A stretch of 64,000 bases of DNA from Prasinococcaceae sp. CCMP 1430 (taxonomy: Eukaryota; Plantae; Prasinodermophyta). Location: the NCBI GenBank assembly GCA_013416795.1, contig RQSC01000016.1, forward strand, positions 1-64,000, given 5' to 3'. Within the stretch, counting starts at the first letter, position 1. Each line of letters opens with the position of its first letter. This document shows, piece by piece, positions 19,460 through 30,040 of this stretch. The notes below the pieces were generated by a model, which searched no databases, was not told the DNA's origin, and was given only the letters and a program-made list of their open reading frames with translations. Both the position numbers and the translations under genes were made by a program.

Positions 19460-22400
19460 ATGGGGCGCGGCGGCGGGCAAGGCGGGGACGGCTCGAGTGC
19501 CGCGAGCGAGGCCTCTGGCCGCGACGGCCTGCTCCCCAAGCGCGCGACTGGCGCCGACGCACTGCGTCGGCGGCTGGGCGACGAGTGCGATGGACGCGGC
19601 GTGGTCGTGGGGATCCTTGACAGCGGCGTCGACCCGGGCGCGGCGGGACTGGCGGTGTGCCCCGACGGGCGTCCCAAGGTCGTCGACGTCGTCGACTGCA
19701 CCGGCGACGGCGACGTGCGCACGACGACAGTGCGCGAGCTGCGCGCCGACGGCACCGTGCTCAGCGCGGACGGCCTGCGCGGGCTTGCTGTGAACGAGGG
19801 CTGGAGCAATCCCGACGGCGAGTGGCGCGTGGGCCAGCGGCCGCTGTACGACTTCTACACGCCGCCGCTCCTGCGCCGAGTGCGCAAGGAGCGCCGCAAG
19901 CGTTTCGACGAGGCGCATCGCGCGGCCTGCGCGCGCGCGGCCGATGAGCTCACCGCCTTCGACGCGGCGCACAAGGCGCCTCTAGGGGACGCGGATGCGC
20001 GGGCGCGCGCCGAGCTCGCGGAGCGGGTCGCCGCGCTCGCCAAGTTCGCCGACGATGCGGAGGGAGCCGCAGGGCGTGACGTGGGGCCAATGGTTGACTG
20101 CGTCGTTTGGAAGGACGGCGACAATATCTGGCGCGCCGCGCTCGACACCTCGTCGATGGAGGGCGGCAGCAAGCTCGCTGACAGCCCCGCGCTGGCGTCG
20201 TTCCGCCAGGAGCGCCAGTTTGGCACGTTCTCCACGCTGTGCTCGTGCAACTACGTGCTCAACGTATACGAGGATGGCGACGTGCTCTCCGTAGTCACCG
20301 ACACCTCGCCGCACGGGACGCACGTCGCGGGCATCGTCGCGGCGCACCACCCGGGTGGCGACGGCGCGCTCGATGGGGTTGCACCGGGGGCGCAGATTGT
20401 TTCGATGAAGATTGGCGATGGGCGAATGGGCTCCATGGAGACCGGCTGCGGGCTGTACCGCGCTCTGAAGGCGACGCTGGACAACAAGTGCGACCTGATC
20501 AACATGAGCTATGGCGAGCCCACGTCGGAGAGCAACCATGGGCGCTTCGTGGAACTGGCTGCCGAACTCGTCTACAAACACGGTGTCATTTTCATCTCTT
20601 CGGCGGGCAACAATGGCCCCGGCCTCTCCACCGTGGGAGCGCCCGGCGGCAGCTCGAGCCCGATCATGGGCATCGGCGCCTGGGTGTCGCCTGACATGGC
20701 CGCGGAGTCGCACAGCGTCATAGAGCCCGACGCTTGCGGCGGACGGCAATACACTTGGAGCTCGCGTGGGCCAACTTTTGACGGAGACCTGGGCGTGGAC
20801 ATCAGCGCTCCCGGTGGTGCGATCGCGCCTGTGCCGGAGTGGACCCTCAACGCGAAGCAGTTGATGAACGGCACCAGCATGAGCTCGCCCAATGCCTGCG
20901 GCGGCATGGCGCTCCTCGTCGGCGCGCTCAAGTCGCGTGGGATGCCTGTGACACCGGCCCGCGTGCGGCGCGCCGTCCTGAACACGGCCACTCAGCTGGA
21001 GGACCTACCCTACGCCAATCAGCGGTTGACGTCCGGGCGCGGCCTGGTGGACGTCTCCAGCGCGTGGGACTACCTCGTCGCCAACGAGGCAGCTGACGTC
21101 CCCGACGTGCGCTACGAGGTGCAGGTTAGCTACTGCAATTCGCTCTCGCGCAAGATGCGCGGCGTGTATCTGCGGCGCGTGCGCGGCGACCCCTCGTACG
21201 CGCGCGTGTCGGCGACCGTGAGCGTCGATCCCAAGTTCCTTGAGATCGCGCGCAACAAGGAAGACAAGGCCGCATTCGAGCAGCGAATCGCGCTGAGCGT
21301 CGAGGGCTGCTCCGAGGGCACGGCAGTTGGATGGGTGCGCGCACCCGAGAGCGTCATGTTGATGCAGAGCGGAAGGGACTTCAAGATCGAAGTGGACACT
21401 ACGCTCCTCCCAGAGGACACCGACCTACACTTTGCTGAGGTAGTAGGCCGCGACACCACTGCACCCGGGCGGGGGGCCCTTTTCCGCGTGCCGATCACCG
21501 TTGTCGAGGCCACCGACGTCGGCCTCACGGACGGGGCGCCCCATATGACGCGGTTTGAGGGGCTTGACCTTACCCCGGGGGCCATTGTGCGCAAATTTGT
21601 CATGCCGCCGCCTGGCGCTAACTACGTCGAGGTTACCGTCACGGCAGGCGCGCTGCCAGCCTCTCCGCGTAGCATCTGGCTGCACTGCGTGCAAGTGCAG
21701 GGCGAGGAGCGCTACAGCAACCTCGAGGTCAACAAGCGGCTCAGCGTGACGTCGCATGGCAAGGCCTCGGCGACGCTCCCCGTGCGCGAGGGCTATGTGT
21801 TGGAGGTGTGCGTGGCTCAGTTCTGGTCGAGCGGCGGCGCCTCCACGATTGACCTCGAGGTTGACTTCCACGGCCTTGCCGCTGAGAGCGGCTCGCAGAG
21901 CGCCGTCGCGCTCGCGTCGGGCGATGGCTTCGCTGCCCTGCGTGTCAAGTCGGCGCTGCGCACGCAGCGCCTCAATGCGAGCGTGCAACTCGACCGCATT
22001 GAGAGGACCCTGCGTCCCAAGAAGGCGGACGTGGCACCGCTGCGAGACACTGCTCGTGACTCGCTGTGGGAAGGCAAGCGCTCCCACGGTCTCACCCTCG
22101 AGTACGCGTTCACGCTCAAGGAGGAGGCCACAGTGGCAGTGCGCATGCCGATGCTGAATTGCCGCGTGTACGACGGGCCGCTCGACCACCAGCTTTACTA
22201 CATTGTCGACAAGAACAAGCGCGTGGTCGGCCAGGGCGACATATATCCTGAGGACCACAAGTTGCCCAAGGGCGACTTCACTGTCCGCGTGCTGCTGCGC
22301 CACGACAGCCCCGAGACACTGCGCAAGCTCGAGTTCATGCCGCTCGTGCTTGACAGGAAGCTGGAATCGGCCGTCGAGCTTGACGTCTACGACAGGCTCA

Positions 22401-23359
22401 ACGAGATTGCGCTGTCTGGCAAGAAGGCCACGGCAAAGTCGCTCGTCGCTGGAGAGAGCCGCCCGCTCTTCCTGGCGGCGGCGCCTGACGACAAGCTGCC
22501 AAAGGAGGCCGAGGCAGGTTACCTGCTGAGGGGCAAGCTGACGTTGGGCGCCAAATCGCCCGCCGTGCCGGTGACCTACGTAGTGAGCCCAAAGGCGGAC
22601 GACCTCGAGAAGAAGAAGAGCGAGAAAAAGAAGGACGAGGAGGATGAGAAGAAGGACGCCGCCACCAAGCTGCAGGAGGCTGCGCGGGACGCTCAGATGG
22701 CCGCGCTCAAGAAGCTGCCTCGCGGCACGCCGGAGGAGCGCGCCGAGTACGAGATGGCGCTGTCGGTGCTGCTTGGACAATTTCCTGACCATCTGCCCCT
22801 CCTCTCGCAGGCCGCAAAGACACAGCTCGATGTGGCCAAGAAGGCAGACGCTGCGGACAAGGCGGTCTTGATGGATGAGGTGGTCGTCGCGGCCGACCGC
22901 GTGATCGCTGCGGTCGACGCCGCTGAGATAGCGCTCGCTCTTGGCGTCCGCGCGTCCGACGAGGACGACCAGGCCGCGCTGGGCGCGCGCAAGAAGGCGG
23001 AAGAGAAGCGCGATGCGCTGGTCGATGCGCTAGCGTGCAAGGCGGCGGGCACCCTGGAGGGAGCAATGGCAGAGGAGCAGAAGGCGGAGGCTGCAGTGGC
23101 CGTGTACAAGGAGCTGTCCAAGTGGACGGACTCCGCCGCCGCCAAGCACGCCGAGCTGCGCGCAGCAGTCGAGTCTGCGCGCGGCCGCCCCGCGGTCGCG
23201 CTCAAGGCGCTCGGCGAGCACATCAAAGAGGAGCAGCCCGGCCGCGACGTGCATGAGAGGCGCGTCGCTCTCATGGAGGATCTGGGATGGGAACACATCG
23301 CCCTCATGGAGCGTGAGCGCATCGCCGCGCGCTTCCCGGAGGGCGACAAGCTCATGTGA
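19460..23359 (+). CDS. TPP2: Tripeptidyl-peptidase II (S8 subtilase)
   Basis: 1299-aa ORF with catalytic triad motifs GILDSGVD, HGTHVAGI and NGTSMSSP, the TPP2-type large insert after the Asp, and TWSSRGP. Confidence 0.95.
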   Translation: MGRGGGQGGDGSSAASEASGRDGLLPKRATGADALRRRLGDECDGRGVVVGILDSGVDPGAAGLAVCPDGRPKVVDVVDCTGDGDVRTTTVRELRADGTVLSADGLRGLAVNEGWSNPDGEWRVGQRPLYDFYTPPLLRRVRKERRKRFDEAHRAACARAADELTAFDAAHKAPLGDADARARAELAERVAALAKFADDAEGAAGRDVGPMVDCVVWKDGDNIWRAALDTSSMEGGSKLADSPALASFRQERQFGTFSTLCSCNYVLNVYEDGDVLSVVTDTSPHGTHVAGIVAAHHPGGDGALDGVAPGAQIVSMKIGDGRMGSMETGCGLYRALKATLDNKCDLINMSYGEPTSESNHGRFVELAAELVYKHGVIFISSAGNNGPGLSTVGAPGGSSSPIMGIGAWVSPDMAAESHSVIEPDACGGRQYTWSSRGPTFDGDLGVDISAPGGAIAPVPEWTLNAKQLMNGTSMSSPNACGGMALLVGALKSRGMPVTPARVRRAVLNTATQLEDLPYANQRLTSGRGLVDVSSAWDYLVANEAADVPDVRYEVQVSYCNSLSRKMRGVYLRRVRGDPSYARVSATVSVDPKFLEIARNKEDKAAFEQRIALSVEGCSEGTAVGWVRAPESVMLMQSGRDFKIEVDTTLLPEDTDLHFAEVVGRDTTAPGRGALFRVPITVVEATDVGLTDGAPHMTRFEGLDLTPGAIVRKFVMPPPGANYVEVTVTAGALPASPRSIWLHCVQVQGEERYSNLEVNKRLSVTSHGKASATLPVREGYVLEVCVAQFWSSGGASTIDLEVDFHGLAAESGSQSAVALASGDGFAALRVKSALRTQRLNASVQLDRIERTLRPKKADVAPLRDTARDSLWEGKRSHGLTLEYAFTLKEEATVAVRMPMLNCRVYDGPLDHQLYYIVDKNKRVVGQGDIYPEDHKLPKGDFTVRVLLRHDSPETLRKLEFMPLVLDRKLESAVELDVYDRLNEIALSGKKATAKSLVAGESRPLFLAAAPDDKLPKEAEAGYLLRGKLTLGAKSPAVPVTYVVSPKADDLEKKKSEKKKDEEDEKKDAATKLQEAARDAQMAALKKLPRGTPEERAEYEMALSVLLGQFPDHLPLLSQAAKTQLDVAKKADAADKAVLMDEVVVAADRVIAAVDAAEIALALGVRASDEDDQAALGARKKAEEKRDALVDALACKAAGTLEGAMAEEQKAEAAVAVYKELSKWTDSAAAKHAELRAAVESARGRPAVALKALGEHIKEEQPGRDVHERRVALMEDLGWEHIALMERERIAARFPEGDKLM

Positions 23360-23670
23360 CGGGAACTGTGTTGTCGTGGGGGGTGCAGGGGTGCAGGGCC
23401 TTGGGAGGTCAATGACTTCTTGCATGTCAACATCTTATTTCTGGTCCACCGCGACGCGCGTCAATGGGCGCGCCCACTGGCCCCCATGGGATGGCTTTGG
23501 GCGCAGCGAGCGGCGCGGGGATCACATCACCACCGTTACCACTCGTGGCAGAGTTTCTTGCCAACAGGTCACTTACATCGCCCGGTCGTTCGTGCTCGTT
23601 CGCTGCCTCATACGTGCACGGTCGCACACCCTCACAACTAGCAACGATCCTGCGCCATCTCTTGTGCTGT

Positions 23671-26600
23671 TCAATCACCGCTCACGAGGCCGCCGCTAAG
23701 TGACCTGATCGATGCGATGAGTCCAATGCCTCGCTTGCTGCTGGAATTTGAGAGCGAGCGCTGCGCGCGAGGCGCAGACGCATCCCCGACGCCCAAAGCG
23801 TGAGCTCCGTCCTCCTCTGCGTCGTCGTCGTGAGGTATGCTGTCTGTGCTGGCCTGACTTTCCAGCACTGAGCGGCTGGAGATTGGTGGCTTGTCCAGCC
23901 ACCAGCACGGATACTCCTCGAGTTTGACCTTCAGTTTGCCTCGCTCGTGCAGGCGCTGAGCCATCATCTGTTTGGCACGCGGGGTGCCGCAAAGCTCGAG
24001 GAGCGCTTGCCTCGTGCGCGCAGCAACATTCACCTTGCCTGGGGAGGACAGCGCCTCCATGCGAGCAGCCACGTTGACAGTGTCGCCATAGATGGTGAAC
24101 TTGCCGCCCGTCACACCCGCGACCACAGGGCCTGTGTTGATGCCAAAGCGCACTTGCACCGCCCCGCGCTTCGCATTTTCCTCGTCAACTAGCGTTTCTG
24201 CGGCCGCATCGGCGCAGTCATGTGCAAACTCTGTGGCTCGTAGTGCGTGGTCCCTGCACACCTTGGGAAGCCCCGCGACCGCGACGAAGCAGTCGCCAAT
24301 AGTGTCGATCTTGGTCACGCCGCGATCCGCTGCGATGGCCTCAAACTTCACGAACAGGCGCTCGACCATCGCGTCAACCTTCTCTGGCGTCATGCTCGCG
24401 GAGAGCTTGGTAAAGCCCTTGATGTCTGAGAAGACGACGCTGCAGCAGTCGTACGTCACTGGATCCGGCCGTCGCCCCTCTTGTAGCGCCTTGGTCATCG
24501 ATCCCGGCAGGCTGGTGCCAAATTGCGAAAGGAGGCGGCGCCCCGCATCCATCGGCGGCGGCGGTGGCTCTGGCATGGCATCGTAAATCTTTTCTAGACG
24601 CTCGTGCAGTTCGGCCGCGCTGGGCCTGCGGAGTGGATTTTGATGCCAGCACTCGGACATCAGCTCAAGAAGCTCCATCGGACACGAAAACTGCTTCGCG
24701 TGGGTGTCCCAGGGCGGCGCGCAGGGTCGAAGCGGATCCGCCGGGTCCGATACCCGCACGAGCAGTTCGTCGAGTCGCATGTGCTTGAGCTCATCAACAT
24801 AGGGTTCATGCTTGGACACCAGCTCATACAGACACATGCCAAAGCTGTACACATCACTGGCCGGTGTGTTGCAGGAGTCTCTCGCTGCAATGGCCCCCAT
24901 CGCAATGGTCTGCCCTTGAACAGCTGCCGCCTCAGAGATGCCCGAGGGCACTTCCGCAGACATCGCTTCGTTCGGCAGCGCCGAGTCACTGTCCGACGTG
25001 TGTGAGGCCAGGCTTTGCGTTGACGAGCGGCCGGCCGCTGACGTACCCTTGCCAGCGGTGACGCTTTCCTGCTTGGACTGCTGGCACTGGCTCGCGAAGT
25101 CGCTCGCAGCGTCACCGAAGTGCTCTTCGGCGGGAGTGTCCTCTTTCGACGACACCACGCCGGGCGTTTCGTGGCGCTCATGCTGCCGCATCTCCTGCAC
25201 CTCGCGTCCGAGTCGTCGATTTCGCGCCCTTTCGCTGCCGCGCTCTTGAACACCAGCAGCAGTTCCGCCGTTGGTGTCGGCAGTGGAATCCACTGCAGAC
25301 GCAGGAGCTCCGCCGGCACTGCTGCCATCTGATGACACGAGCGAGCCCAGGGAGTCCGCGCGCGCCGAGTTCCCAGGGGTCACTGCATCCCGTCGCACTC
25401 GCGCGCGCAGGGCCGCCCAGATGGTCGCGGACGACCGCGCCGAGGCGTTGACGTCGGCGCTGCTATCTCTCGCAAGAGCACCCGAAGAGCCGCTCGCGCC
25501 GCCGCTACCCATGTTCCCCTTGCTCCTGTGCAGGCGCGCGGCCTCGGCGCTGCGCTGGAGAGCGTCACGGTTGATCAGCTCGGGTGCAATCCACAGCGGC
25601 GTTCCCCCTGAACGTCGACGTGGCCCCGTCATGCCGCCGCTTGAGAGGCCAAAGTCCCCTAGCTTAGCCGTGAATTTAGAGTCAATCATGATGTTGGCAC
25701 ACTTGATGTCGGCGTGGACGACAGGTGGGTCCTGCGCGTGTAGATACCGCAGTCCTGCGCTCGCATTCGCAGCCGCGCCGAGCAGCACCTTGAGAGACAC
25801 GCTCGGTGTGGCTGCGACTTTGGATAACGACGAGTCCAGCACCGCGCGCAGGCTGCCCTGTTCCATGAGCTCCATTACGAGCGACGGCCCACGCGAACCA
25901 GGCGGTGTCGCCACACCCATCATCGCCACGATGTGTGGGTGCCGAAGGCGAACAAGCAGTTCGATCTCCCTCTCGAAATTCGCCATGCGGCGGTCTTGAC
26001 CCCCGCTGGCACAGCCCAGCATATGCAACGGCGCACGGCACACGCCCCCGCTGGTCTCGTCGATGCTCATCGTGGTCCTGCTCAGCACGGCAAGGCTAAG
26101 CCGGCTCGCAGAGCGCTCAAAGGGCCCACTGCCGTCAGACGACGCGCTTAGCATACCCTTGACGGCCACGGGGGTGCCGTGGTAGAATGCCTTCAGAACT
26201 TCGCCGTGAGCGCCTTGCCCAAGCACAACTGGAGGGTCTTCGAAAACGAGCTCCTCGTACTTGATCACCCATGGCTTTTCGCGCCTGCGCCTGTACAGAA
26301 GGAAGCCGACGAGCAAAAGGAGCAGGAGGATCACGACCCCTACAGTGACACCCACTGCAATTTGGACGGTGTTGTCGTTCGATGTTGATGACGACGGCAG
26401 CGGCTTAAGATCCGCAGGTATCTCGTCACTGCCGCCTGGCCACACAACCGGTTCATCGGTCCGGACGAACTCCTCGCTGGTTTCATTGAGGACGCCGACG
26501 AGCACGAAGCGGCCGACGCCGCCAGCTGTGCTGGTGGTGCTGGCCTGCCGTGTGCCGTTGCCACCTGCTGCCGAGTTCGCGGACGCGTTCGGCACCTGCC

Positions 26601-28194
26601 AATTGGTCACCGCAATCGTGAGTCCCTCTGTGCTCCTATCGCCATTGGACATGAAGGACACTTGGGCAGACGCACCTGAGAATGTTGTCTGCAGGAAAGC
26701 CTCGTAGAGAGCGTTGCCGCGCGCGGTTGCGTTGAAGTCGGGGTCAAAAAGCCCCGAGTCGAGGCTGGCTGCAGCGAGCGCGAGCGCCCACACCGCATCA
26801 TAGGCGTATGGTGCAAAATCGCTCAGGTCGTCAGCGAGCAGCGCCTTCGTGTCCGACTCCTCCAAAGTGGCGTTTCCAAGGTAAATGCACGTGGGTGCAA
26901 CTTGCCGGGCTTCAACGAGTGCGTTGAAGTTCGGAGAGAGAGTCGGATCAGCGGCGACGCGGAGCAGGCCCGCCATGCGCTCGCTTAGCCTCGCTGGGTC
27001 ATCGGCGCTACTCAGCGCGTTGGAGGTGAGGCCGTCCGACGTTACCCACGCGTAGCCTGTTTCGAGCATGCCCCTGTCGTCGGCCAGACGAAATATGGTG
27101 TCGGCATCCGTATCGAACATGATCGCCACCACGATGGTCGCCCGGGTGCGCAAGATAGCATCGAGCACGGCGCCAACGCTCGCTGCCGTCACGTTCGAGT
27201 TCGACTCGTACAGTTGGGTCACCAAAATTTTGATGCCCAGCTCTTCTGCAGCTTCGGCGAAGTCCGCGGTGTACCCAGTTCCGTACGCGTCGTTAGGAGC
27301 GAAAAACGCAACGTTTTGCCAGCCGACGCGCCGCACAAGTGAGGCTGTCACAGCCGCTGTGGACGAGTCGCTCACCACCGTGCGCCCGAACAGCGTGCCG
27401 GCGCCCGCGAGGCTGCTTGCTGTGGAGGCGTGCGAGACCTGCAAGGCGCCAAAGAAGCTGGCGATCTCGGCCATCGGCCCAGTAACGGCGCTGCGAGCCG
27501 CACCCACGATCGCGTGCGATCCGGCTCCTACGACACTCTCGAGCGCAGCATTGATGCCGCCATCGATCGAAAATTGCGTGTCGTAGAGCCCGCACTCGAC
27601 CCGCAGCCCCGCCGCGCGCAGGGCGTTCACCGTTGCGTTCCCAACGATGCTCGCGTCAAGTTCTCGCGCGTGCTGGCACGCAAGCAGCGCCGACGCCGCG
27701 CGCGTCGAACGCTGCACGCCCTGCGAGTAGGGCATTGCCACTGCTAGGCGCAGGGTGGCGCCACACGAGGGCAAGGCCCCCGTCGCTTCGCCAGCGTCAC
27801 TGCTGCTGTTCCCACCTCCGTTGCCTGAGCCGTCGGCGCACCACGCGTCGCATGTGCCCTCCGGGCGAGGGGTGCTCTGCCGCTCGGTCGCATCCGCTGC
27901 CAGGGGCCAGAGCCCGGCGTCTGCTGCCGCTTCACGGTCCCTCTCACTCAGTCCCCGGCTCTGTCCGCCGCCGCCTCTCCCACTTCCACTGGCACTGCGC
28001 GACGCAGCGCCGGGCGCGGAGCTTGTCTGGCGCAGCTCGCCCGCGTCGCTTGGCGGCGGGCGCGTCGCCGTCGCCGCCTGCCCGCGCCCGCAGGCAGCAC
28101 CCACTACCACCACGGCCGCGAGGACCGCCCCCACCTGGCTCGGGCGGCGCGCCACGCTGCACCTGGCGCCCCCACCGCGCAGCATCCTCGCCAT
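23671..28194 (-). CDS. Single-pass receptor: signal peptide, Venus-flytrap (ANF receptor/PBP1-like) ectodomain, TM, protein kinase, class III nucleotide cyclase
   Basis: ATG at 28194 with a hydrophobic leader. VFT motifs AIVGAARS, FGRTVVSD and GWQNVA..ND.YG; TM VGVVILLLLLLVGFLLYRRRR; kinase GQGAHG/VAVK/HADIKCAN/DFG/APE; cyclase VFSDIKGFT, TIGD, YGDTVNVAARME. Confidence 0.88.
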   Translation of the reverse strand: MARMLRGGGARCSVARRPSQVGAVLAAVVVVGAACGRGQAATATRPPPSDAGELRQTSSAPGAASRSASGSGRGGGGQSRGLSERDREAAADAGLWPLAADATERQSTPRPEGTCDAWCADGSGNGGGNSSSDAGEATGALPSCGATLRLAVAMPYSQGVQRSTRAASALLACQHARELDASIVGNATVNALRAAGLRVECGLYDTQFSIDGGINAALESVVGAGSHAIVGAARSAVTGPMAEIASFFGALQVSHASTASSLAGAGTLFGRTVVSDSSTAAVTASLVRRVGWQNVAFFAPNDAYGTGYTADFAEAAEELGIKILVTQLYESNSNVTAASVGAVLDAILRTRATIVVAIMFDTDADTIFRLADDRGMLETGYAWVTSDGLTSNALSSADDPARLSERMAGLLRVAADPTLSPNFNALVEARQVAPTCIYLGNATLEESDTKALLADDLSDFAPYAYDAVWALALAAASLDSGLFDPDFNATARGNALYEAFLQTTFSGASAQVSFMSNGDRSTEGLTIAVTNWQVPNASANSAAGGNGTRQASTTSTAGGVGRFVLVGVLNETSEEFVRTDEPVVWPGGSDEIPADLKPLPSSSTSNDNTVQIAVGVTVGVVILLLLLLVGFLLYRRRREKPWVIKYEELVFEDPPVVLGQGAHGEVLKAFYHGTPVAVKGMLSASSDGSGPFERSASRLSLAVLSRTTMSIDETSGGVCRAPLHMLGCASGGQDRRMANFEREIELLVRLRHPHIVAMMGVATPPGSRGPSLVMELMEQGSLRAVLDSSLSKVAATPSVSLKVLLGAAANASAGLRYLHAQDPPVVHADIKCANIMIDSKFTAKLGDFGLSSGGMTGPRRRSGGTPLWIAPELINRDALQRSAEAARLHRSKGNMGSGGASGSSGALARDSSADVNASARSSATIWAALRARVRRDAVTPGNSARADSLGSLVSSDGSSAGGAPASAVDSTADTNGGTAAGVQERGSERARNRRLGREVQEMRQHERHETPGVVSSKEDTPAEEHFGDAASDFASQCQQSKQESVTAGKGTSAAGRSSTQSLASHTSDSDSALPNEAMSAEVPSGISEAAAVQGQTIAMGAIAARDSCNTPASDVYSFGMCLYELVSKHEPYVDELKHMRLDELLVRVSDPADPLRPCAPPWDTHAKQFSCPMELLELMSECWHQNPLRRPSAAELHERLEKIYDAMPEPPPPPMDAGRRLLSQFGTSLPGSMTKALQEGRRPDPVTYDCCSVVFSDIKGFTKLSASMTPEKVDAMVERLFVKFEAIAADRGVTKIDTIGDCFVAVAGLPKVCRDHALRATEFAHDCADAAAETLVDEENAKRGAVQVRFGINTGPVVAGVTGGKFTIYGDTVNVAARMEALSSPGKVNVAARTRQALLELCGTPRAKQMMAQRLHERGKLKVKLEEYPCWWLDKPPISSRSVLESQASTDSIPHDDDAEEDGAHALGVGDASAPRAQRSLSNSSSKRGIGLIASIRSLSGGLVSGD

Positions 28195-29114
28195 TGCCGA
28201 CAGCGATCTCGCGCTCCCGCCACCCAGCCTACGATTCTGGGGGACACTGCGTCGGGGCAATTGCAAGAAAAAAAAAAGGAGCGAGCGATAGCACCACCTC
28301 CAGGCGGGGTGGGCGGGCGGGTGGGGGCACGCCCGGGCTCGCCACCCTTCGGTGGAACAGAGCAGACCCTCGCCGTCTCCCCTGGCTCCCTCCCCGCCCT
28401 CGCCCCAGACCCACGCACGCGTGCTCGCCCCGGCGCGACGCCCGGGCGCGTGTGCACCACCAGCGGAGCCGCGGCGATCCGTCCGCCGCTCGCACCGCCG
28501 CGACCCGTACCTCATCGCCGACGTCAAGCCCCACATCACAACCGACCTCCGGCACGGGAGACATACCTGTCTAGGCGAGAGAGCACGCCGCCGCGCACAC
28601 CACCATCAGTAGCGCCGCACCACACCCCGCCCCACCCACTCAGCGCGCCGCGCTGCGGTGACCGCGCGCGCGCACCGAAAAGAGGGGGCGCTGAGTGGGA
28701 TTCTGATCCCTCCCGTGCACGCGCGCGCCGGCGCGGCGGAGAACGGCGGCAAACGGCGGCAGAATCGGAATCGATCGGGGGCGTCGCGCGCGCGCGCGCG
28801 CTCTCGAATTGACAAATTCTGAATTGCTGGCCCGCGCATGCATGACTTCAACCCGTCCCAGCCCATACGTAGGCGTCGGTCGGCGCGCAGCGGCATTTTC
28901 CGCCGAAAATCGGAGGCGTAAAAGGCGTCGATTGCATATCGAAATGAACTCAATTTGGTCGACGCGGAGCGAATTATCGAGCGAAATTACCCCTAAAATC
29001 AAAATAAATTCTTTTAGGCATTGTGACACCCTCTGAAGTGCGCGCAGATCAAAAAGTGAAAGGGGGTTGTAGAGCTCGCCCGTGGGTAAGTGTAATGCCA
29101 TAGTTGATGTTTGA

Positions 29115-29696
29115 TTAGTACAACTGTAGAGCGACAGGCGGCCCCGGGCTGAACGCCGCGCGCGGCCCGCCGCTCCCGGCGGGGCGGCCGCAGCGCAGGG
29201 CCTCGCGCACGCGGCCCGGCGTCGCCGCGAGCTGGGCGAGCGGCATGAAGAGCGGCGTGGGGAGATTGTCGGGGTCCTCGAAGCTCCAACCCGCGCACTT
29301 GTCGGGCTCGCTGTTGTGCGCGACCGCACCGACCTCGAGCTCGCCCGCGACGAAGACCGTGACGTAGTGGCGCTGCGGCGCGGGCGGCTGCCACACGCAG
29401 TTCTCCACGGCGACGCAGCGCGGGTTGGAGAGGCGAAGGCCAGTCTCCTCGAGCATCTCGCGCACCGCGCACTCCTCGGGCGTCTCGCCGTACTCCAGGT
29501 GCCCCCCCGGCAGCGCCCACGTGCCCTCGCCGTGCGCGTTGAGCCGCCTGCCGACGAGCACCCGCCCGCCGGCGTCGCCCGCGCGCGCTGCGAGCACCCC
29601 CACGCCCACGCGTGGCACTGTGAAAAGCAGCTGCTTGGTGGCGGCCGCTGCACGCCGCTCCGCGGCCGCCATCTCCTCCTCCGCGGATGGCGCCAT
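29115..29696 (-). CDS. Nudix hydrolase (NUDT15/AtNUDX1-like)
   Basis: Complete Nudix box [24 protein letters not shown], plus RVGVGV and EPDKCAGW. Confidence 0.9.
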   Translation of the reverse strand: MAPSAEEEMAAAERRAAAATKQLLFTVPRVGVGVLAARAGDAGGRVLVGRRLNAHGEGTWALPGGHLEYGETPEECAVREMLEETGLRLSNPRCVAVENCVWQPPAPQRHYVTVFVAGELEVGAVAHNSEPDKCAGWSFEDPDNLPTPLFMPLAQLAATPGRVREALRCGRPAGSGGPRAAFSPGPPVALQLY

Positions 29697-30040
29697 CGCC
29701 GCCGCCGTCGCCGCCACTCGCTTCAACACCCACCCGGTACGCGCGCGCGCGCGCTCTGGCCGGCGCGGCGCACCGCACGCAACGTGGGAGCACGCATGGA
29801 TATGCGCATCAAAAGGAATCCCAACCAAACGCAAAGGGAAAAAGGGTCCATACGAACACAAATCATAATGCATTCATATGTGTATCTCGGGTGCGTTGGA
29901 ACGGTAAAATAGTTAGGGTTGCAATGTTACCGTAAATGCCGCGCGCGGCCGACGAGCGGCGCGGCGGCTCGAGCCACAGCGCGCGCCCCTGGGGGTGGGT
30001 GGGGTGGGGCGGGGCGGGGTGGGGCGGAGGAGGGAGGCGC

